Part shown: positions 1-6,300 of the stretch, piece by piece
Position numbering within the stretch: the first letter of the stretch is position 1
Layout of the letters: each line of letters starts with the position of its first letter
Assembly (NCBI GenBank): GCA_041649575.1
Contig: JBAZMW010000002.1
Coordinates: 1 to 32,000, forward strand
DNA length: 32,000 nt
From: Patescibacteria group bacterium
GTDB taxonomy: Bacteria > Patescibacteriota > Patescibacteriia > 2-01-FULL-39-33
Reading direction: 5' to 3'
Made by a program: the position numbers and the translations under genes
The notes under the pieces: generated by a model
What the model saw: the letters and a program-made list of their open reading frames with translations, nothing else
What the model was told of the DNA's origin: nothing
Database searches by the model: none

Positions 1-2
1 GG

Positions 3-773
3 AATTATAGCCCCAAAACCATAAAGACTTATTTGTATTATAACAACGAATTGCTTAATTTCTGCAAGAAATGTCCCAGAGAAATTGATACTCAAGACAT
101 TAAGAATTATTTGGGTTACCTGTCGGACACCAAATCGGCCAGCACCTTATCTATCGCTTATAACGCCATCCAGTTTTATTATCGGGAAATTTGGAAGAGG
201 TCGTTTTTCTTGAATATTCACCAGCCCAAAAAACCAAAATATCTGCCTGCAGTCTTGTCCAAGGAGGAGGTCGATAAAATGCTTGGTTTGACCAAAAATC
301 CCAAACATCACAGTATTATTTCCTTGCTTTATGGCACGGGTATCAGAGTGGGGGAATTGGTTCGGATAAAGATGCGCGATGTCGATCTGGATCGCATGAT
401 GCTTAGGGTTTTTCAGGGTAAGGGCAAAAAGGATCGGCTGGCAATTTTGCCAGACAAATTAAGGAAAATTTTAAGTATTCAGATGAAATTAAAGGGCGGT
501 GATGAATATTTATTTACCAATGGCCGTGGCCAGCATTTAACCGAGGCGACTATCCAGAAAATTGTTGCCAATTCCGCCATGCTGGCTGGCATAAAAAAAG
601 CGGTCAGCCCGCATACTCTGCGCCATTCTTTTGCCACGCATTTGCTTGAAGATGGTGTTGATATTCGTTATATCCAGGAACTCTTGGGTCATGCCCGTCT
701 GCAGACCACTCAAATTTATACCCATGTTGCCAAAAGCCACCTAAGCGGCATCAGAAGTCCCTTGGACAGATGA
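3..773 (+). CDS. Tyrosine recombinase / integrase (XerC/XerD-like), 5' end cut by the window edge
   Basis: The ORF track starts at TTG 33, but the frame stays open back to nt 3 (NYSPKTIKTYL...). That stretch resembles the N-terminal SAM-like core-binding domain, so the gene runs off the left edge. Catalytic signatures are visible: GTGIRVGEL (Arg), HTLRHSFATHLL (H-x-x-R), and LLGHARLQTTQIYTHV (His plus nucleophile Tyr). Confidence 0.9.
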   Translation, partial: NYSPKTIKTYLYYNNELLNFCKKCPREIDTQDIKNYLGYLSDTKSASTLSIAYNAIQFYYREIWKRSFFLNIHQPKKPKYLPAVLSKEEVDKMLGLTKNPKHHSIISLLYGTGIRVGELVRIKMRDVDLDRMMLRVFQGKGKKDRLAILPDKLRKILSIQMKLKGGDEYLFTNGRGQHLTEATIQKIVANSAMLAGIKKAVSPHTLRHSFATHLLEDGVDIRYIQELLGHARLQTTQIYTHVAKSHLSGIRSPLDR

Positions 774-1064
774 TTTTTTGTCCTCCGGATCGGTTTCCAG
801 GGTTTTCGGGTTGGGGGAGTAGAGTTTGTTTTTTATTTTCCATTTATCCACATACTGCCCGATACCCTGTTTGTTCAGCTTATTTTTGATTTTGATCCGG
901 TCTTGCGACCATTTGAGCAGGCTTTCGAAGTTGATTTTATATACTCCGCGCACTACAATATAGAGCACCTCCTGGTTTTGGATGGCCCGGCGAATAGTTT
1001 TTTGGCTAAGGCCGAATAAATTAGCCGCCTGCGAAATAGTTAGGCGTATTGGAGTATTAGGCAT
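741..1064 (-). CDS. Excisionase-like / MerR-type helix-turn-helix DNA-binding protein
   Basis: The N-terminus LTISQAANLFGLSQKTIRRAIQNQEV..YKINFESLLKW matches the HTH_17/excisionase pattern. The C-terminal half is Lys-rich and low-complexity. The gene is convergent with the integrase and overlaps it by 33 bp. Confidence 0.7.
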   Translation of the reverse strand: MPNTPIRLTISQAANLFGLSQKTIRRAIQNQEVLYIVVRGVYKINFESLLKWSQDRIKIKNKLNKQGIGQYVDKWKIKNKLYSPNPKTLETDPEDKKSSVQGTSDAA

Positions 1065-1107
1065 AGATTGTTTTTTTTTACTCTCAATCCTTAAAATTTT
1101 CTACTTA

Positions 1108-1127
1108 TGTCTAGACATGTCTGGACA
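1108..1127. promoter_or_regulatory. 20-bp near-perfect palindrome TGTCTAGACA|TGTCTGGACA, candidate operator
   Basis: 18 of 20 positions are self-complementary. It can also be read as two tandem 10-mers ATGTCT(A/G)GAC (1107-1126). It sits immediately downstream of the predicted -10 of the minus-strand HTH gene. Confidence 0.5.
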
Positions 1128-1128
1128 A

Positions 1129-1158
1129 ATCTTATCATTTTTGCTAGTATGGTGTCAA
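1129..1158 (-). promoter_or_regulatory. Sigma70-like promoter for the HTH gene (TTGACA-18-TAAGAT on the minus strand)
   Basis: The minus strand reads TTGACA (plus 1153-1158), an 18-nt spacer, then TAAGAT (plus 1129-1134). The palindrome follows directly. Confidence 0.45.
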
Positions 1159-1210
1159 TGTTTCTGGCTTTTTACTCAGCTTAACGCTGGTGGCTATTGG
1201 TTATAAAACC

Positions 1211-1240
1211 TTGCCAAAAATAGCATTTTTATACTATAAT
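1211..1240 (+). promoter_or_regulatory. Sigma70-like promoter upstream of the ECF sigma gene (TTGCCA-18-TATAAT)
   Basis: TTGCCA at 1211-1216 and TATAAT at 1235-1240, with an 18-nt spacer. Confidence 0.4.
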
Positions 1241-1262
1241 TAAGATTGTCTGAATTATTTAG

Positions 1263-1288
1263 TGTAACAAATAGCCTTTTTTTTCGTC
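1263..1288 (+). promoter_or_regulatory. ECF-type promoter motif TGTAAC-N16-CGTC abutting the sigma start codon
   Basis: TGTAAC at 1263-1268 and CGTC at 1285-1288. This resembles the AAC...CGT consensus of group IV sigma promoters such as the B. subtilis SigX/SigW type. The ATG at 1296 lies 8 nt after the CGTC, and no SD is present. Confidence 0.4.
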
Positions 1289-1295
1289 TTAATAA

Positions 1296-1850
1296 ATGAA
1301 CAATCCTTTGTCAAAAAGAATCCTTTTTCTGCAAGTGAAAGATCAGGATTCAGAGGCCTATGGCAAGTTTTATGATTTGTATGTAGAACGGATTTACCGT
1401 TTTGTTTTTTTTAAGGTAAATTCCGTTTCCGACGCCCAGGATTTGACTTCGGAAGTTTTTTTGAAAGTCTGGCAGTATCTGAAAGAAGGCAAGGAAATTA
1501 AAAATTTAAACGCTTTCATTTATTTGATTGCCCGAAACAGCGTGATTGATTTTTACCGGCAGAGAAACCGCCAGGCGGAAACGCTGGCCGAAACCGGCCA
1601 GTTGCCGGAAGTGCCCGATGAAACACAAGACTTGCTCAAGCGGCAAATCGTTGGTTCGGATCTGGAAAACGTCTTGCAGGGTTTAAACGGCCTGAAAGAC
1701 GAATACAAAGAAATAATCATTTTGAGATTTTTGGACGAATTGTCCATTGCCGAAATCGCCGAGATTTTGGATAAATCGAAGGGGTCGGTCAGGGTGCTGT
1801 TGCATCGGGCGCTGACGGCTCTGAAGAACAACGTCAAGGAACATCATTAA
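1296..1850 (+). CDS. RNA polymerase sigma-70 family factor, ECF (group IV) subfamily
   Basis: 184 aa. Region 2 is visible as YGKFYDLYVERIYRFVFFKV...DAQDLTSEVFLKVW..AFIYLIARNSVIDFYR. Region 4 HTH is visible as ILRFLDELSIAEIAEILDKSKGSVRVLLHRAL. Confidence 0.9.
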   Translation: MNNPLSKRILFLQVKDQDSEAYGKFYDLYVERIYRFVFFKVNSVSDAQDLTSEVFLKVWQYLKEGKEIKNLNAFIYLIARNSVIDFYRQRNRQAETLAETGQLPEVPDETQDLLKRQIVGSDLENVLQGLNGLKDEYKEIIILRFLDELSIAEIAEILDKSKGSVRVLLHRALTALKNNVKEHH

Positions 1851-1856
1851 ACCGCA

Positions 1857-3086
1857 ATGACAAACAAAGAATTAATCAAAGGTTTGCAGGAGCTTAAAAA
1901 GCTTGAGGTCGGTGGCCGGCCGCAGGCTGGTTGGGTTTTGTCCAGCCGTCAGATTCTCATGAGCCAATTGAATCCAAAAGCGACGGTTAGCGACGAAGCC
2001 AAGAATCAATCCTTTTATTACTGGCGTTATTTTAGCGGCACTTTCCGGCAAAGAGTCTTTCAGCCGGTGGGCGCTTTTTTGTTAATTATTTTTGCCCTGC
2101 TCACTTACAATGCCACTGTCAGCGTAGCCAGCGCCAGCCTGCCTGGCGATATGCTTTACCCGATTAAGACCGCCGGCGAAAAAGTTCAGTTAGCCCTGAC
2201 CTTTAACGACGAGAGCAAGGTCAAACTGCAGATGAATTTTGTTTCCCGGCGCGCCGATGAAATGCAGTTGATTGCCATCCAGGAAAATGATAATAATAGG
2301 AAGAGCAAAAAAATCGTTCAAACCGCCAAAAAAATTACCCAAGACAACAAATCATTGAAAGACAGTTTGGGCAAAATAAGCATGGCGGCCAACAAGCCGG
2401 CAGTGCTCGAGGTGGCCAAAGAGGTTGATATTAAAAGCCTAGAGATAAAGCAGAATATTGCCACAGTGCAGAATTCCTTGCCCGAAGCGGTAAAAAGCGA
2501 GGTCAAAGATGAGGTAAAGGAAGCCATTGTCACCACCGAAGCCGTCGGTACCAGCGCCCTGGGAGTGATAGTCGATAATTACAAAACCGGCCGGGCCAAT
2601 ATTTCCGGCCAGGAAGTCGCTTCTCGCGTGGCCGAAAGAATAAAGAGCACGGAAGACGACATCAAATCGGCCAGTAACGAAGTGAACGACGTCATCTCCG
2701 TTGTGTCGGGAACGGCTCCTTCTGTCATTTCCACCTCCACCAGCGCCATCAAGCTGGTCGATGTGGCTGGCAGTAGCACCACCTCCACTCTGCAAAACAT
2801 TGTTCAAAAGCCGCAGCAGGCCAAAGAGATCATCGAAGAAGCCAAGAATCTTCTGGGGCAAAAAGACTTCAGCTCGGCCCTGGAAAAAATTCAGCAAAGC
2901 AAGGATATCGTCGTTAATGTAGTTTCCAACGCTCAAAACATTGTTAATGAAATAAAAGAAGTGCAGTCGATAAATACCAGCACCGAGAATTTGCTTCTTA
3001 TCAATAGCAATAAAACCGGCTCCCAGCCTACCACCACCAGCTTGACGACCGGAGAGTCGACCAAAGAGATTTTGATTAAAAGGTGA
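1857..3086 (+). CDS. Single-pass membrane protein with a DUF5667-like domain; candidate anti-sigma / sigma-partner
   Basis: The gene starts 6 nt after the sigma stop codon. One TM segment is present (VGAFLLIIFALLTYNATVSVASA). It is followed by LPGDMLYPIKTAGEKVQLALTFNDESKVKLQMNFVSRRADEM, which I recognise as the DUF5667 pattern. The remainder is a long K/E- and S/T-rich extracytoplasmic tail. The anti-sigma role is inferred from position only. Confidence 0.6.
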   Translation: MTNKELIKGLQELKKLEVGGRPQAGWVLSSRQILMSQLNPKATVSDEAKNQSFYYWRYFSGTFRQRVFQPVGAFLLIIFALLTYNATVSVASASLPGDMLYPIKTAGEKVQLALTFNDESKVKLQMNFVSRRADEMQLIAIQENDNNRKSKKIVQTAKKITQDNKSLKDSLGKISMAANKPAVLEVAKEVDIKSLEIKQNIATVQNSLPEAVKSEVKDEVKEAIVTTEAVGTSALGVIVDNYKTGRANISGQEVASRVAERIKSTEDDIKSASNEVNDVISVVSGTAPSVISTSTSAIKLVDVAGSSTTSTLQNIVQKPQQAKEIIEEAKNLLGQKDFSSALEKIQQSKDIVVNVVSNAQNIVNEIKEVQSINTSTENLLLINSNKTGSQPTTTSLTTGESTKEILIKR

Positions 3087-3093
3087 TTATAGA

Positions 3094-3135
3094 GATTAGT
3101 TATTTAGATAACGATTAGTTATTAATATAACTAAT
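3094..3135. repeat. Cluster of three ATTAGTTAT sites (two direct, one inverted)
   Basis: GATTAGTTATT occurs at 3094-3104 and 3113-3123. The inverted copy ATAACTAAT is at 3127-3135. Copies 2 and 3 form an 8-bp-arm inverted repeat, TTAGTTAT-taat-ATAACTAA. Confidence 0.6.
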
Positions 3136-3243
3136 TAAGGGTTCGTTAAATTTTGGGAGGAATAGAGCGCAGGTTCCCGCCAGTTAATAAGTAAAGGCCG
3201 AACTGATTTTCAGGGCTTATTGGTTGGTCCGGGTCTCGAGAAA

Positions 3244-3265
3244 ATCCTTTTGTAATCAAAAGGAT
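3244..3265 (+). promoter_or_regulatory. Hairpin in the 5' leader of the giant surface-protein gene
   Basis: ATCCTTTT (3244-3251) pairs with AAAAGGAT (3258-3265) around a 6-nt loop. It lies about 70 nt upstream of ATG 3333. Function is unknown. Confidence 0.3.
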
Positions 3266-3332
3266 CTACAATCTGTCAGCTTTACCCAAAAATTTGGCGG
3301 GCTCATTAATAAATAAAAAAAATAAAGGTTCT

Positions 3333-6300
3333 ATGAAAAAATTATTAACCTATGTTGTAGTGGTCGCTACTATTGCTTGGTCGTTGGGTTTGGCATCTGT
3401 AGTCCCTATGGCTTCAGCTGCCTATGCCCCGACTGCCGGCGATAAGGTTAAAGTATCAAGCAGCTCGGCGGTTTATTATGTTGATGCCGACAGCAAAAAG
3501 CATCTTTTCTCCACCCAGAGCACTTTTGAGTCTTGGTATGGCCTGGTTTCTTCCAGCAGCTCTTATTGGTCACAGCAAGGCATCAAAACTATCACTCAGG
3601 AGGAGTTGGATGCTCTTTCCAATGGCAGCAATGTCAATATCCGTCAGGGTAGCTTGATTAAGTTTTCTGACAGCGCCGCTGTTTATGCGGTGTCCACTGG
3701 CAGCAAACTTTACACCGTCAAAAACGGTGACGCCGCCACTACTTTATTCGGTAGCAATTGGAGCACCAAGTTGCTAAAAGTAGTCAACAGCTTCCGCGCC
3801 GGTTATTATGATAACGGCAACGCGGTCGGCGAGTTGACTGCTTCTTCCAAATTGCCCGATGGTTTCTTGGTTAAGTATTCCGGCAGCGATGATACTGTTT
3901 ATTATCTAAGAGATGGCAAAAAGGATCCGTTAACCGATGACGCCTTTGTGGCCAACAAGCTCAAGGATAATTGGGTCATTACGGTTCCGTCTTCCATCAC
4001 TTATGATAACGGTTCATCGGTCACCGGCGCTGATGCCGAATTGACCACTGTGGCGGGCCCCGGTTCTGTTGTTCCGCCTTCATCAGGCTCTTCGCTGAGC
4101 GTTGCTTTGGCGTCAGATACGCCAGCAGCTGGCTTGGCGATTTATAGCGCTATTCGCGTCCCGTTCACCACGGTTGCGATGACAGCTTCGTCTGATGGTG
4201 ACATCACAGTCGACAGTTTGACTGTTGAGAGAAAAGGCGCTTCAGCCGATGCCAACTTTGCTTCAGTTGCCATTATCGATGCTGATACCAACGTCCAAAT
4301 TGGCGTCAATCAGAATTTGAATGCCAGTTCCAAGGCTGTTTTCAGCAATGATTTCGTGATCAAGGCTGGTACCACCAGAAAGATCCTGCTGGCCGGTAAT
4401 ATGAACGCGGCTGGCGCGGGCCAGGTTCCGGCTTTAGCTTTGTCAGAATTGGTTTTATCTGGCAGCGCGACGGTTGTCGGTTCTTTGCCGATCACTGGCA
4501 ACATCCAGACCATGACTTCTTTGACGATTGGTATTCCGACCGTCCAAAGAGGCAGCTATATGACCTCTACCTCCACCGATGTTAAGGTTGGTTCTCCCGC
4601 TTATATTGTCGGCGCTTTCAAGATCAGCGCTGATTCGACCGAAGGCCAGAGAGTCAAGCAGATTAAGTTCTACAATAGCGGTACTGCCGCCTTCGATTCC
4701 GATATTGGCAACTACAAATTATTGATTGACAACAGCACTCCGGTGACCGCCACCTTTACCAAAGATGGCAAATACTTGACTGCTGATTTCACCAATAATT
4801 CCGTCTTGATTGAAAAAGGCAAGAATAAGGAATTTGTCTTGAAAGCCGATATCCTGGACGGTTCGACCAGAACCATCAAGATTTCTATTTATCGCACTAC
4901 CGATGTCTTGGCTTCTGGCGACACCTTTGGTTATATGTACACTCCGGTTTATTCTGGTACTTCCAACAGCACCAGCAACCCGGTTTTGACCAATGACCAG
5001 TTGACAATTTCCACCGGCACCTTAAGAATTGAGTCAAGCTCTTCGGTTGAGGCTCAAGACATTTCTTATGGTGACAGTCAAGAATTGGGCGCTTTCAACC
5101 TGGTAGTGGCCGGCGAGCCGGTTTCCATTACCGCCTTGACTTTGGATGTCAGCTCCACTACCGCTGGCACCACCCAATTCACCAATTGGAAATTGGTTGA
5201 CAAAGACGGCAAGACCCTCTGGGGTCCGAATGATCCGGCTTCCGGCACCGTGGCTTATACTTCCAGCGTGCAGTTGCCGATTGGCAGCAATTTAGTCAAA
5301 GTGATTGCCGATGTGGAGAGCACCGGCGGTTGGGCCAACAACGAGACCTTCTACTTCAAGATCACTGGCTCAAACATTACCGCCACTGGCGTTACCACTA
5401 ACGACACTGTCACCGCTTCTCCGACTGGCGCGGTTAATGCCAACACCCAGACCTTCAAGCCGGCCAAATTGACCATCACGGCCAATTCTTTGCCGGTCGA
5501 TGGCACAGCCACTTTAGGAGCCAAGAAGTTCCTCTATGGTTCTTGGGCGTTGAGCACTTCTGGTTCTGGCGAAAACATTAAGGTTAGCGCTATCACTTTC
5601 GCCAACCAGGCCGCTACTACCACCAATTTGGACAGCGTCACTTTGTACGACGTCACCAACAAGACCAATTGCACCACCAAGTATCCGAACGCGACTTTGG
5701 ATAGCTATGGCTGTTTACTGATGGTTAAGGATGGTTATAGCAACACCACCACCTGGACATTGACCGATCCGATCATTGTCACTAAAAATACCAACCTTAC
5801 CCTTGAGCTGCGGGCCGATGTCAGAACGACCGCGGCGACCTATCAGGGGCACAAGGATGAGTTTGTGATTAGAAATGACGGTACTACTGCTCCGGTGACG
5901 GCGGTTGGCACAGTGACCAACAACACCGTGACCCCGACCGGCAGCGGCTACAATGCGACTGACGGCGCGGATATCACAATTGGCGGCGCTGGCACGATTA
6001 CTATCAATACCAGCGTTTCCCAGCCGGCCTCCAAGCTGTTAGCCGAGGGCCAGACCTATGAAGTCGGCCGTCTGAAATTAACCGCCACCAACGAGGCGAT
6101 TAAAGTCAGCGACTTGAACATTTGTGTAGGCACTGGTTCTGTGACCGGCGCTGGCGATGGCGACAAAGGCGATATTTCCAACATCAAGGTGTATAAGTCC
6201 ACTGACATGACCACGCCGCTCATTGACAGCGCTATTAACGCGGTTTGTGAGTCATTCAGCTTGGCTCAAGGCGCTTTGGAAGTGCCGGTTGGCTCTTCCG

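Noticed and set aside
844-852. Perfect DnaA-box 9-mer TTATCCACA
   Set aside because: It lies inside the HTH coding region. The only other perfect copy is 13 kb away (14001-14009). There is no cluster, no AT-rich unwinding element and no dnaA/dnaN nearby, so it is not an origin.
982-1206. 74-aa plus-strand ORF spanning the HTH gene start and the intergenic palindrome
   Set aside because: It overlaps the 5' end of the HTH gene on the opposite strand and runs through the promoter/operator region. It has no RBS and no recognisable features.
2439-2936. 165-aa antisense ORF, plus several 70-aa ORFs, overlapping the DUF5667 gene
   Set aside because: They lie opposite or out of frame to a gene with a recognisable domain and clear sigma-gene coupling. 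The translated sequences are Gly/Arg-rich and low-complexity, and there are no signals.
3251-3277. ECF-like motif TGTAAT-N16-CTGTC upstream of the giant surface-protein gene, as a possible target of the adjacent sigma
   Set aside because: The most conserved -35 position is mismatched (AAT instead of AAC). The distance to GTC is one nt longer than in the sigma gene's own motif, and the motif overlaps a hairpin. That is too weak to call without TSS data or conservation.
3294-3332. TTG start at 3294 for the giant protein, as given in the ORF track
   Set aside because: ATG 3333 has an AAAGG upstream and gives a canonical signal peptide directly at the N-terminus. The 13 extra residues (MAGSLINKKNKGS) are encoded by AT-rich leader-like sequence. 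This is kept only as an alternative.
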